NCBI GenBank assembly: GCA_029978335.1
Contig: JAPOJQ010000006.1
Location: 864 to 64,863 of the forward strand
DNA from: Actinomycetota bacterium
GTDB taxonomy: Bacteria > Actinomycetota > Acidimicrobiia > Acidimicrobiales > Ilumatobacteraceae
Reading direction: 5' to 3'
DNA: 64,000 bases
Each line of letters opens with the position of its first letter. Positions within the stretch are counted from its first letter, which is position 1. Shown here in pieces: positions 49,289 through 58,891 of this stretch. A program made the position numbers and the translations under genes. A model generated the notes under the pieces. The model was not told the origin of the DNA. It worked only from the letters and a program-made list of their open reading frames with translations, and did no database searches.

Positions 49289-50466
49289 ACTTGGGCGACG
49301 ACCTCGACTTCCGTTGGATTGACACCACGGATTCCCTGAGCGAGGTTCTTCGCGCGATATCTGGAGTCGAGCGCTATGCCATCGACACCGAGTTCCACAG
49401 GGAGCGCACCTATTACCCGGCACTGGCACTGGTCCAGCTCGCGTGGGATGACCAGATTGCACTGGTCGATCCGACGGCGATTGATCCGCGGGGACTGACC
49501 AAACTCTTCGAATCCGACGTTGAAGCCGTATTCCATGCTGCTCAACAGGACCTCGATGTGCTCGGCCATGCGGTCGGCTGCGTTCCTCAGCGCATCTTCG
49601 ACACGCAGATCGCTGGAGGTTTCCTTGGCTACGGCACGCCGTCGCTGGCCGCGTTATCGAATGCTGAACTCGGCATCAATCCAGCGAAAGGTGACCGCCT
49701 CACCGACTGGTTGCGTCGGCCGTTGACTGCGGGGCAGTTGCAATACGCAGCAGCCGATGTGGCGCATTTGCTTCGAATCCGAGATCGCCTCGTCGCTCGA
49801 CTCGACGAACGGGGTCGAACCGAGTGGGCGCTCGAAGCGATTGAGGAACTGCGCATGCGTCGTAACGGCATCGGCGCACCTGAAGATGCATGGCTGCGCT
49901 TGAAGGACGTGCGCGGTCTCAAGCCGCGCGCACGAGCCGTTGCTCAGTCGGTGGCGGCGTGGAGAGAACGACGGGCGATGCGTCTGGACGTCCCCGTTCG
50001 TCAGGTGCTGCCAGACCTCGCGATCCTTGGCATCGCCCAGCGTCAACCCGCCGATGAGCGTGATCTCGCTCAGGCGCGCGGTGTCGATGGCCGGGTTCGA
50101 GGTGCAATCGCGACCGAAATTTTGGCGGCGGTTGCCGCCGGTGCGACCGCTGAACCACCGCCGGTGCCGACTGGCGGCGATGACCTCGATCGTGAACTGC
50201 GGCCAGCGGTGACACTGATCTCAGCCTGGGTGGCCCAGGTCGCCCGGGATCAAGAGGTCGATACTGCCATGCTGGCGACGCGTGCTGATCTCGTGGCGCT
50301 GCTGGCAGGTGACCCCTCGGCCCGGCTTGGAATCGGATGGCGGGCCGAACTGCTCGGCGACGACATTCGTGCGCTGGTTCAGGGCTCAGCCGCACTCACA
50401 TTTGTGCCAGGCGTCGATCGTCGTCCCGGTGGGCTGCGTCTGGTGCGGTCCGATCCGGTAGGGTGA
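49285..50466 (+). CDS. rnd: ribonuclease D (DEDD 3'-5' exonuclease + HRDC)
   Basis: It has YAIDTEFHRERTYYPALALVQL (ExoI), HAAQQDLDVL and YAAADVAHL (ExoIII), followed by an HRDC-like region. The GTG start forms a GTGA overlap with the rhodanese stop. Confidence 0.85.
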   Translation: MNLGDDLDFRWIDTTDSLSEVLRAISGVERYAIDTEFHRERTYYPALALVQLAWDDQIALVDPTAIDPRGLTKLFESDVEAVFHAAQQDLDVLGHAVGCVPQRIFDTQIAGGFLGYGTPSLAALSNAELGINPAKGDRLTDWLRRPLTAGQLQYAAADVAHLLRIRDRLVARLDERGRTEWALEAIEELRMRRNGIGAPEDAWLRLKDVRGLKPRARAVAQSVAAWRERRAMRLDVPVRQVLPDLAILGIAQRQPADERDLAQARGVDGRVRGAIATEILAAVAAGATAEPPPVPTGGDDLDRELRPAVTLISAWVAQVARDQEVDTAMLATRADLVALLAGDPSARLGIGWRAELLGDDIRALVQGSAALTFVPGVDRRPGGLRLVRSDPVG

Positions 50467-50536
50467 TTAGCCGATGCGAGGTCGCTTGCGGCTCGCACGT
50501 ATCCATAACCCCGCACACTGACTTGGGAGCCCTACT

Positions 50537-50731
50537 GTGAAGAAGGGTCGACATCGCCGCTTCGAAGAAGCGCGCAAATTGAAGCAGGCCGGCCCGGGAG
50601 CCTTTGATCTCGGCTTCGGTGACCGTTCCCGTTCGTCGGATTCCGACGACGATGAAGAGGACGAGTACGCCGCGCTAGCGGAGAAGTACGGCGTCACCTT
50701 TGACGATGACGAGGACGACGAAGCTGTCTGA
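50537..50731 (+). CDS. small basic/hyper-acidic protein (possibly DUF3073-like)
   Basis: The start is GTG with GGGAG 8 nt upstream. The 64-aa sequence is (M)KKGRHRRFEEARKLKQAGPGAFDLGFGDRSRSSDSDDDEEDEYAALAEKYGVTFDDDEDDEAV. The family assignment is tentative. Confidence 0.5.
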   Translation: MKKGRHRRFEEARKLKQAGPGAFDLGFGDRSRSSDSDDDEEDEYAALAEKYGVTFDDDEDDEAV

Positions 50732-50761
50732 CCCGAGTCCGATCGGCACCGCAGTGTCCGG

Positions 50762-51529
50762 TCAGGGTTGACGCACTGTCGGGTGGGGCAATGGCACCCA
50801 CTCAGCCCGTTCTAATTGGCTGACCAACAGGTCATAGACCTCGCGACCAACGAGTTCGATGATTTCGTCGCGCGACGAGACGTACACCGGATTCGATCCG
50901 GTAAACGCCTCTGGGGCCTCCGTGCACCACCAATGGAACTCTGCGCCGCCGTCCCCCCAGTCGCGCCGTTTCCACTCTCGCAGGCGCGAGGTGAGGTGGC
51001 CCTGGTCGTCGGTCTCGTGCTCGAGTCGCATCGGCACTTGCCAGCAGACGTTGGGTTTCCAATCGAGCGGCCGTTCGCCTGCCTCGATGGCTGCGATGTG
51101 CAGCGCACAACCTGCGCCGCCCGGAAATCCCGGTCGATTGAGGAAGATGCACGCATCGTCAACCAGTCGGGTCACGGTGACGGGGGCGCCATCGTCACCT
51201 GGTTCGCCGGCGTCAAGAAAGCCCTTCTTGACTGCGGTCGCGTGGAATTGCATGTGTTCGGGCTTGAGGCGGACGAACGCTCGAACCACCGTTTGTACGT
51301 CGTCGTCGTCGACGAAGTGGGCGCCGTAACTACAGCATCCCTGCATCATGTCGGTGGCGTCAGCGTCGAGTACGCCTTGGCATCCCTCACCGAAAATGCA
51401 GCGATGGGTCGACCGAAGGTAGGTCGCGTCGAAGATCCACGTTCGGTCTTCTGTCGGATCGTCGAATGAGATCCACTCGTGGACTTGTTCGGGGAGCAGG
51501 TTCGTGCGGGAGTCAGCCACCGTGCCCAC
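50762..51529 (-). CDS. conserved Cys-rich hypothetical protein (distant YkgJ/CxxCxxCC-like metal-cluster protein?)
   Basis: It has ..HRCIFGEGCQGVLDADATDMMQGCCSYGAHF..DDACIFLNRPGFPGGAGCALHIAA..NVCWQVP..FHWWCTE. ORF 50762-51694; the upstream part overlaps the alaS start region, so I tentatively set the start to GTG 51529. Confidence 0.55.
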   Translation of the reverse strand: MGTVADSRTNLLPEQVHEWISFDDPTEDRTWIFDATYLRSTHRCIFGEGCQGVLDADATDMMQGCCSYGAHFVDDDDVQTVVRAFVRLKPEHMQFHATAVKKGFLDAGEPGDDGAPVTVTRLVDDACIFLNRPGFPGGAGCALHIAAIEAGERPLDWKPNVCWQVPMRLEHETDDQGHLTSRLREWKRRDWGDGGAEFHWWCTEAPEAFTGSNPVYVSSRDEIIELVGREVYDLLVSQLERAEWVPLPHPTVRQP

Positions 51530-51559
51530 GGTATCGGCGTCGGTAGGATCGGACCCTCT

Positions 51560-54199
51560 ATGGGCACCACGAATGGCAGCGGCTCCTCCCTCGGCTCTGG
51601 TCCGGTTAGCGCGGATGCATTGCGCTCGTCGTTCCTCGACTTCTTTGCAGCTCGTGAACATGCCGTGGTTCCGTCGGCCAGTTTGATTCCGCACGACCCG
51701 TCGTTGATGTTCACGGTGGCTGGCATGGTGCCGTTCAAGCCGTACTTCGTTGGCGATGAAGTTCCGCCATATCAGCGTGCGGTGAGCTCACAAAAGTGCG
51801 CCCGTGCAGGAGGCAAGCACAACGACCTCGATGACGTTGGTCGCACCAAGCGTCACCTGGTGTTCTTTGAGATGCTCGGGAACTTCTCATTTGGCGATTA
51901 CTTCAAGTCGGAGATCATTCCGTGGAGTTGGGAACTCGTCACGCAAGGTTGGGGTTTCGACGGCGACCGTTTGTGGATCACCGTGCACGACACCGATGAC
52001 GAGGCTGAGGCGATCTGGCACGAGGTCGTCGGTGTGCCAATGGAGAGAATTCAGCGTCTCGGCGACAAGGACAACTTCTGGCAGATGGGTGACACTGGAC
52101 CATGTGGCCCGTGTAGCGAGATCCACATCGATCGCGGGCCTGCCTTCGGACCCGAGGGTGGTCCGCTTCATGATCCCGCAGGCGATCGGTTCATGGAGTT
52201 CTGGAACCTCGTCTTCATGCAGTTCGATCAGGCGAGCGATGGCACCCGCACGCCGCTCCCGAAGCCGTCGGTCGACACCGGAGCGGGCCTCGAGCGCATC
52301 TTGGCGTTGGTGCAAGGAGTCGACTCGGTCTGGGAGACCGACCTCATGCAGCCGTTGCTCGACACGGCGTGTTCGCTGACGGGTCGCCGCTATGTCGTTG
52401 GGGACTATGCCGACCGCGACTCGTTCGCGATGCGAGTGCTCGCCGAGCACGCTCGTTCGGCGACGATGCTCGTGAGCGATGGCGTGTTCCCGTCGAACGA
52501 AGGTCGTGGCTACGTGCTGCGTCGGATCTTGCGTCGTGCGGTGCGATTCGCCTTTATGTTGGGCACCGACCGTCTCGTCATGCCCGATCTCGCCGCCACG
52601 GCCGTCGACGTGATGGGTAACGCATACCCCGATGTCGTTCGCAACCGCGACTTCATCCAAGGCGTGCTGGCCCGCGAAGAGGAGCGATTCCGGCACACGT
52701 TGCGTACCGGCCTTGGCATTCTCGACACCGAACTCGAGACCGGTGCCACGTTGACCGGCTCGACGGCCTTTTTGTTGCATGACACCTACGGGTTCCCCCT
52801 TGAACTCACCCAAGAGATCGCTGCTGAGCGTTCGATCGACGTCGACCTTGAGGGCTTTTCGGTGGAGATGGCAGCCCAACGTGAGCGTGCCAAGGCGGCT
52901 CGCAAGGATGCCGCTGGCGGTGGCGGGCTGGTGGAGGCGCACCGCGAGGTGCTCGAGCAGTTCGGCACCACCGAATTCGTCGGCTATCGGGCTGATGAAT
53001 GTGATGCTCGGGTAGTTGCAGTGCTCAACACCACGGCCCCCGATGGCTCTGATGCCGTAGAGATCTTTCTGGATAGCACGCCGTTCTACGCTGAGTCCGG
53101 TGGCCAGGTTGGCGACACCGGCACGATCTGGTCGTCGTCGGGTCGGGCCGAGGTGCTCGACACCACGTTTGCGCTGCCCAACCTCCGGCGGCACCTCGCG
53201 GTGATCGTCGACGGCGAATTTGCTGTCGGCGACACGGTGACGGCTCGCATTGATGTTGCTCGCCGCAGCGCGATCCGCCGCAATCACACGGGCACGCACG
53301 TGCTCCACTGGGCGTTGCGACATGTGCTCGGCGATCACGTCAAGCAGGCTGGTTCGCACGTCGGTCCCGACCGACTGCGGTTCGACTTTTCGCATTACGC
53401 CTCGCTCACCGACGCTGAGGTCGCCGCCATCGAGCGGCTGGCGAATGCCGAAACGCTGTCGAACGCGCCGGTACGCGCCTTTGAAACCACGAAAGACGAA
53501 GCGGAAACCTTGGGAGCGATCGCGTTCTTCGGCGATAAGTACGGCGACATTGTTCGCGTCCTTGAAGCCGGCAGTTCGGTCGAATTGTGCGGCGGCACCC
53601 ATGTGTCGGCCACCGGTGACATCGGCACCATCAAGATCGTTGCCGAGTCCTCGATCGGATCGAACTTGCGCCGTATCGAGGCGGTGACGGGCGAGGCAAG
53701 CGTCGCCTTGTTGCAGCGCGACGAAGCCGTGCTCGCCGAGGTTGCATCACTCGTCGGCAGCACTACCGCTGACGTCGTCGATGGGGTTCGTCGTCGCCTC
53801 GACGAGGTGAAGGCACTGAATGATGAGTTGAAGCAGTTGCGCGCGCAGTTGGCAGTTGGCCGTGCGTCGGAGATCGCGGCGACCGCCACCGATGGGATCG
53901 TGGTGACCCGTGTCGATGGCTTGGCGCCGGGTGATTTGCGTGAGTTGGCGCTTGCGGTTCGCCAGTCGGGCGTTCGTCGCTGCGTGCTCATCGGTGAAAC
54001 GAACACCGGTGGCGTTGGTTTGGTTGCCGCAGTTGATGCGGGCGAGGGCGTGGAAGCGGCAGCGCTGATCCGCGACGCTGCCAAGGCCGTTGGTGGCGGC
54101 GGTGGCGGGAAGGGTGATGTCGCAACCGCTGGTGGCAAAGATGTTGCTGCGATCGATACGGCCTTGACCATCGCTCGGGAGGCGGCAACGCCGTCGTGA
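51560..54199 (+). CDS. alaS: alanine--tRNA ligase
   Basis: It has ALRSSFLDFFAAREHAVVPSASLIP..LMFTVAGMVPFKPYF, KHNDLDDVGRTKRHLVFFEMLGNFSFGDYFK, RNHTGTHVLHWAL and CGGTHV (editing-domain Zn site). I set the start to ATG 51560. Confidence 0.95.
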   Translation: MGTTNGSGSSLGSGPVSADALRSSFLDFFAAREHAVVPSASLIPHDPSLMFTVAGMVPFKPYFVGDEVPPYQRAVSSQKCARAGGKHNDLDDVGRTKRHLVFFEMLGNFSFGDYFKSEIIPWSWELVTQGWGFDGDRLWITVHDTDDEAEAIWHEVVGVPMERIQRLGDKDNFWQMGDTGPCGPCSEIHIDRGPAFGPEGGPLHDPAGDRFMEFWNLVFMQFDQASDGTRTPLPKPSVDTGAGLERILALVQGVDSVWETDLMQPLLDTACSLTGRRYVVGDYADRDSFAMRVLAEHARSATMLVSDGVFPSNEGRGYVLRRILRRAVRFAFMLGTDRLVMPDLAATAVDVMGNAYPDVVRNRDFIQGVLAREEERFRHTLRTGLGILDTELETGATLTGSTAFLLHDTYGFPLELTQEIAAERSIDVDLEGFSVEMAAQRERAKAARKDAAGGGGLVEAHREVLEQFGTTEFVGYRADECDARVVAVLNTTAPDGSDAVEIFLDSTPFYAESGGQVGDTGTIWSSSGRAEVLDTTFALPNLRRHLAVIVDGEFAVGDTVTARIDVARRSAIRRNHTGTHVLHWALRHVLGDHVKQAGSHVGPDRLRFDFSHYASLTDAEVAAIERLANAETLSNAPVRAFETTKDEAETLGAIAFFGDKYGDIVRVLEAGSSVELCGGTHVSATGDIGTIKIVAESSIGSNLRRIEAVTGEASVALLQRDEAVLAEVASLVGSTTADVVDGVRRRLDEVKALNDELKQLRAQLAVGRASEIAATATDGIVVTRVDGLAPGDLRELALAVRQSGVRRCVLIGETNTGGVGLVAAVDAGEGVEAAALIRDAAKAVGGGGGGKGDVATAGGKDVAAIDTALTIAREAATPS

Positions 54200-54648
54200 C
54201 ACTTCGCTCGGATCGGCGACGGGTCCTTGGCGTTGACCCTGGAAGTCGTCGGATCGGCATTGCGATCGGTGTGGGGCCAGTGGCGTCACCGCTCACCGTC
54301 ATTCAGCGTGGGCGGTCGCTTGACGACGCGCTCCGTCAGGTCGCAGCGGTCGCCGTCGAAGAAGAGGTTGAACGCATCGTCGTTGGTTTGCCGTTGCGTC
54401 TTGATGGTTCTGAGGGTCCTGCTGCCAAGGCTGCCCGAGATGTGGTCCGTGGCTTGGCTAGGTTCACCGATGTGCCCGTCGATGTCCACGACGAACGCTT
54501 CACCACGGTCTCCGCTGATCGTGCGTTGATGGAGGCTGGCTTGGGGGCACGCGAACGCCGTGGGGCGGTCGACAAGGTTGCCGCTGCGGTGATGTTGCAG
54601 TCGTGGCTCGATGGACCTGGTTCGTGGGGGGCTGACGATGCGCAGTGA
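54196..54648 (+). CDS. ruvX: Holliday junction resolvase-like RNase H-fold protein RuvX/YqgF
   Basis: It has RVLGVDPGSRRIGIAI and ..RIVVGLPLRLDGSEG... It shares a GTGA overlap with alaS. Confidence 0.9.
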   Translation: MTLRSDRRRVLGVDPGSRRIGIAIGVGPVASPLTVIQRGRSLDDALRQVAAVAVEEEVERIVVGLPLRLDGSEGPAAKAARDVVRGLARFTDVPVDVHDERFTTVSADRALMEAGLGARERRGAVDKVAAAVMLQSWLDGPGSWGADDAQ

Positions 54649-55825
54649 CCTGCTCTCCGACGATGATCATGCCCGTGTCCGTTGGTCCGAAGACGCCTGG
54701 GACGTCCCCGATGAGGTGCCGGTCGTTGAGGTTGCGCCGCGTCGAGCACCGATCGCCCGCTGGTTCATGTGGGGTGTGCTGTGGGCGGTGGTGGCGGGGA
54801 TCATCGCCGCTGGCGCGACCGGTTGGTGGCTGCTTGAAAGGATGACCCCAGAGGCTGATGCGGGCGCTCCGGTCGATTTCGATGTGCTCGAGACCGATGA
54901 TGTGCTCTCCGTGGCGGAGCGTCTCGAGGCGGCCGGGTTAGTTGCCGATGCCGATGTGTTCGTCTGGTATGCCGATCAGCAAGGTGGATTGGAGGTCATA
55001 CCGGGCTTTTACCGGATCCCGAGCGGTGCACACGTGGGTGATGTGCTGGGTACGTTGCGCACACCACCGGGGGAGACCTACCAGCGGGTGACCTTCCCTG
55101 AGGGTTTCACCGTCGCACAGATCGCCGCCCGTCTTGATGACAAGATTCCTACCCTGTCGGCTGATCGGTTCGTTGAACTGGCGAGTGATCCGACCCGTCG
55201 TGTGCCGTGGCGACCGGCCGATATTTCAAGCCTTGAGGGTCTGCTGTTCCCCGACACGTATCAGGTGTCGAACGCCGACAACGAGGGTCAGGTCATCGAG
55301 CGCATGATCGAATTGATGCAGCGTGTCGCGCTCCAAGAAGAACTCGAAGCGGGCGCCGAACGCCTCGGATTGACGCCGTACGAGGTGCTCACCGTGGCGT
55401 CGATGATCGAGCGTGAAGCCAAGGTCGATGCTGATCGCCCGAAGATTGCTCGGGTGATCTACAACCGGTTGGCGCTTGGGTGGAACCTCGAGATCGATGC
55501 CACGTTGTTCTACGGGGCTGATCCTGGAGCGACGTTCTCTGAACTGCGGGCGGTCGATTCGCCCTACAACACCTACGAGCGAAGCGGTCTCCCGCCGACG
55601 CCGATTGCGAACCCGGGTCGTGCATCGATTCGCGCAGCGCTCAATCCGGCACCGAACCCTGCGTCGGGTGACCCGATTTGTTCGGTGCTCGATGATCCAA
55701 CGCTTGGGTGTGTGTACCTGTTTTACGTGCTTGCCGATGCTGATGGCTCGCATGTGTTTGCTGTGACACTCGAGCAGCATGAGGCCAATGTGGCGGCTGC
55801 TCGAGCGAAGGGACTACTCGGATGA
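54638..55825 (+). CDS. mltG: endolytic murein transglycosylase MltG (YceG-like)
   Basis: It has an N-terminal TM helix, FPEGFTVAQIAARL, LEGLLFPDTY, ASMIEREAK, VIYNRL and DSPYNTYERSGLPPTPIANPG. I set the start to ATG 54638. Confidence 0.9.
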   Translation: MRSDLLSDDDHARVRWSEDAWDVPDEVPVVEVAPRRAPIARWFMWGVLWAVVAGIIAAGATGWWLLERMTPEADAGAPVDFDVLETDDVLSVAERLEAAGLVADADVFVWYADQQGGLEVIPGFYRIPSGAHVGDVLGTLRTPPGETYQRVTFPEGFTVAQIAARLDDKIPTLSADRFVELASDPTRRVPWRPADISSLEGLLFPDTYQVSNADNEGQVIERMIELMQRVALQEELEAGAERLGLTPYEVLTVASMIEREAKVDADRPKIARVIYNRLALGWNLEIDATLFYGADPGATFSELRAVDSPYNTYERSGLPPTPIANPGRASIRAALNPAPNPASGDPICSVLDDPTLGCVYLFYVLADADGSHVFAVTLEQHEANVAAARAKGLLG

Positions 55826-56679
55826 GTCGGCGTATCACCGCATCTACTCGCATGTCGCTCGTGGTGGGCGACCCGGTTCGACACTCGCTCTCGCCGGCGT
55901 TGCACAACGCCGCCTATCTCGCCGCTGACCTCGATTGGGTCATGCTGGCGATGCCCGGTCCGGTGGGATCGGGAGCCTCCCTTGTCGACCTCGTTCGTCG
56001 CCATGAGGTCGGTGGCATGGCGGTGACGATGCCGTTGAAGCCGGAGGTGGCAGTTGCGGTTGATGTGCTCGATCCGGCTGCGGCTGCGCTGCGGTCGGTG
56101 AACACGGTTGTTCCCGATGCGGGTGGCGCGCGAGGCATGAGCACCGACGGCGATGGTTTCGTGGCATCGCTTCGAGCATCGGGCCATGATCCGGCGGGAA
56201 CATCGGTGCTGGTGATCGGTGCGGGAGCAGCATCCCGCTCGATTATCGACGCGCTGGGTCGAGCCGGTGTGAGAGCCATTGCGGTGGTGAATCGCACGCA
56301 CAGTGGTGCAGTCGAAGCCGCGCAGTTTGCGCCAATGGCCTTGGCAGTGGAGCATGATCAACTCGATGGGGCTGCGGCTTCGTCGAACATCATCGTGAAT
56401 ACGACGTCGGTGGGAATGGGGCAAGATGCTGCTGGCGGCGCGAGCCCACTCGATGTGACGTTGCTGCGCGCTGACCATGTGGTCGCCGACATCGTGTATC
56501 ACCCATTGCAGACGGCGCTCCTAGCGGCCGCAGTGTCGGCGGGCGCAGCAACGGTTGATGGGCTTGGGATGCTCGTGCATCAAGCGGCGCTGCAATGTGA
56601 AGCGTGGACCGGGGTCACGCCTGACGTGTCGGTGATGCGTGCAGCGGCGGAAGCCGAACTCCTTGCCCGCCACGGGTAG
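55822..56679 (+). CDS. aroE: shikimate dehydrogenase
   Basis: It has VVGDPVRHSLSPALHNAAY, NTV..G..TDG and VIGAGAASRS. It shares an ATGA overlap with mltG. Confidence 0.85.
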   Translation: MSRRITASTRMSLVVGDPVRHSLSPALHNAAYLAADLDWVMLAMPGPVGSGASLVDLVRRHEVGGMAVTMPLKPEVAVAVDVLDPAAAALRSVNTVVPDAGGARGMSTDGDGFVASLRASGHDPAGTSVLVIGAGAASRSIIDALGRAGVRAIAVVNRTHSGAVEAAQFAPMALAVEHDQLDGAAASSNIIVNTTSVGMGQDAAGGASPLDVTLLRADHVVADIVYHPLQTALLAAAVSAGAATVDGLGMLVHQAALQCEAWTGVTPDVSVMRAAAEAELLARHG

Positions 56680-56688
56680 CCTCGCTGC

Positions 56689-57867
56689 GTGCTTCGTTTG
56701 CTGACTGCCGGTGAATCTCACGGGAAGGCGCTCATCGCCGTCCTCGAAGGCGTTCCCGCAGGACTCGAGATCACCGTTGAAGAAATTCAGGTCGAGATGG
56801 GCCGTCGGCGTCTCGGCTACGGACGTGGCCCACGTCAACGTTTCGAAGTTGATGAACTCACGCTCGTCGGTGGGGTGCGCCATGGCCGCACGCTCGGTTC
56901 GCCGATCGCCATTGAGATCGGCAACACCGAATGGGTTCGCAGTGACAAGTGGCACGACGAGATGTCACCTGCGCCTGGGGCGACCGCATCGCCGCTGACA
57001 CAGGTTCGTCCCGGTCATGCCGACCTAGCAGGCATGCAGAAGTACGGCTTTTCAGATGCTCGTGATGTGTTGGAACGAGCGTCGGCACGTGAGACCGCTG
57101 CTCGAGTCGCTGCGGGCGCGATTGCCAAGAAGCTGCTGTCGCACTTGGGCGTCGAGATCTTGTCGCATGTGATCCAGATGGGGAGTGCCCGTGTGCCTGG
57201 CACAGTGCCTCGTCCCGTGATGGCCGATCTCGCCGCAATTGACGACTCGCCTGTCCGTTGCGCTGATGCTGTCGCCGCTGAGGCGATGGTGACCGAAATC
57301 AAGGCAGCGGCCAAGGATGGCGACTCGTTGGGCGGTGTGGTCGAGGTGCTCGCCTACGGCGTGCCGATTGGTCTTGGTTCGCATGTGCATTGGGATCGCA
57401 AGATCGATGCGTTGTTGGCCCAGGCGCTGATGTCGATTCAAGCGGTCAAAGGCGTGGAGATCGGTGATGGATTTGAGGTCGCTGGGCGCCGGGGCAGCGA
57501 TGCGCATGATGCGATTCGCTGGAACGCGGCGACCTCGAGTTACGAACGTTTGTCGGCGCTCGCTGGTGGAGTCGAGGGTGGCATTACCAATGGTGAGGTG
57601 CTGGTTGCTCGGGCAGCGATGAAGCCGCTTGCCACGTTGAACGTGCCCACTCTTGAAACGGTCGACACGGCGACGAAGGAGTCAGCGGTGTCGTTCAAGG
57701 AACGAACCGATGTGACGGCCGTGCCGGCGATGGGCGTGGTTGCAGAGACGATGGTGGCGCTTGTGCTTGCCGATGAGGCGCAGCGAAAGTTCGGTGGCGA
57801 CTCGGTTGCCGAGTTCGTCCGCAATGCCGAGGCGGCTGCGCGTGCGGTTGCCGATCAGGCAGGCTGA
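56689..57867 (+). CDS. aroC: chorismate synthase
   Basis: It has [30 protein letters not shown] and [13 protein letters not shown]. Confidence 0.95.
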   Translation: MLRLLTAGESHGKALIAVLEGVPAGLEITVEEIQVEMGRRRLGYGRGPRQRFEVDELTLVGGVRHGRTLGSPIAIEIGNTEWVRSDKWHDEMSPAPGATASPLTQVRPGHADLAGMQKYGFSDARDVLERASARETAARVAAGAIAKKLLSHLGVEILSHVIQMGSARVPGTVPRPVMADLAAIDDSPVRCADAVAAEAMVTEIKAAAKDGDSLGGVVEVLAYGVPIGLGSHVHWDRKIDALLAQALMSIQAVKGVEIGDGFEVAGRRGSDAHDAIRWNAATSSYERLSALAGGVEGGITNGEVLVARAAMKPLATLNVPTLETVDTATKESAVSFKERTDVTAVPAMGVVAETMVALVLADEAQRKFGGDSVAEFVRNAEAAARAVADQAG

Positions 57868-57868
57868 T

Positions 57869-58888
57869 ATGCGGTCGATTGAGGTGCATCTCCCTGCGGG
57901 TGGGCCAGATCGGTCGTATCCGGTGGTTGTTGGCGAGGGAGTGCTGAGCGAGGTCGCTGCGATGGTGCGCCGCGTTGGTGCGGATCGTGTGGCGGTCGTG
58001 ACCCAACCAGGCATTGGCGTTGAGGTGTCGTTCGATCGTCCGAACATTCAGTTGGAGATCGGCGTCGGCGAGGAGCACAAGTCGCTACGCACGATTGAGT
58101 ATTTGTGTTCCGAATTCGCTCGTGCCGGTTTGACGCGTCGAGATGTCGTGGTCGCCGTTGGTGGCGGCATGGTGACTGACGTCGCTGGTTTCGCTGCAGC
58201 CTCGTATCACCGTGGCATCGCGGTCATTCACGTACCGACCACGTTGCTCGGCATGATCGATGCAGCGATCGGCGGCAAGACCGGGGTGAATCTTGCTGAG
58301 GGAAAGAATCTGGTGGGTGCGTTCTGGCAACCATCGGGTGTGGTGTGTGATCTCGCGACGCTTGCCTCGTTGCCCGAACGCGAAGTGCGGTGCGGTAACG
58401 GTGAAATGGCGAAGTATCACTTCTTGACGGGTGATGATCTCGCCGGCATGGCGCTTGCTGATCGTGTGGCTCGCTGTATTGAGATCAAGGCCGAGGTGGT
58501 GGCATCAGATGAGCGCGAATCGGGACGACGTGCCATCTTGAACTACGGCCACACCTTGGCGCATGCGCTTGAGATCGCGTCAGGCCACGACATCGCACAT
58601 GGTGAGGCGGTTGCGATCGGGCTGGTGTTCGCGGCTCGGCTCGCTGAACGACTCGGGCGTATCGACGCCGATCGTGTGGCCCATCACCTCGATGTTGTCG
58701 CTGGTGTCTATGGACTGTCGGTCGAGATTCCGAGTGTTGGGTCGGCTGACGAGTTGCTCGCCTTGATGGCTCGTGACAAGAAGGCCCTTGACGGATTGAC
58801 CTTCGTGCTTGATGGCCCACACGGCGTTGAACCGGTTGCTGGTGTCGATCCAGAGGTGGTTCGATCGTTGCTCGCTGAGCTGGTCTGA
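57869..58888 (+). CDS. aroB: 3-dehydroquinate synthase
   Basis: It has VVAVGGGMVTDVAGFAAASYHRGI, DAAIGGKTG and NYGHTLAHALE. I set the start to ATG 57869, 1 nt after the aroC stop. At 339 aa it has no kinase fusion. Confidence 0.9.
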   Translation: MRSIEVHLPAGGPDRSYPVVVGEGVLSEVAAMVRRVGADRVAVVTQPGIGVEVSFDRPNIQLEIGVGEEHKSLRTIEYLCSEFARAGLTRRDVVVAVGGGMVTDVAGFAAASYHRGIAVIHVPTTLLGMIDAAIGGKTGVNLAEGKNLVGAFWQPSGVVCDLATLASLPEREVRCGNGEMAKYHFLTGDDLAGMALADRVARCIEIKAEVVASDERESGRRAILNYGHTLAHALEIASGHDIAHGEAVAIGLVFAARLAERLGRIDADRVAHHLDVVAGVYGLSVEIPSVGSADELLALMARDKKALDGLTFVLDGPHGVEPVAGVDPEVVRSLLAELV

Positions 58889-58891
58889 GCA

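Noticed and set aside
51887-53602. A 571-aa ORF antisense to alaS. Similar long antisense ORFs occur at 35678-36808 (opposite the aldehyde dehydrogenase), 40757-41887 (opposite guaB1), 4490-5371 (opposite the YfhO-like gene), 19393-20088 and 20024-20620 (opposite the 3' end of ugd and uxs), and 37714-38526.
   Set aside because: All lie opposite genes with strong family motifs and have Arg/Pro/His/Thr/Ser-rich low-complexity composition with no recognisable motifs. Stop-free antisense frames are expected in high-GC DNA.
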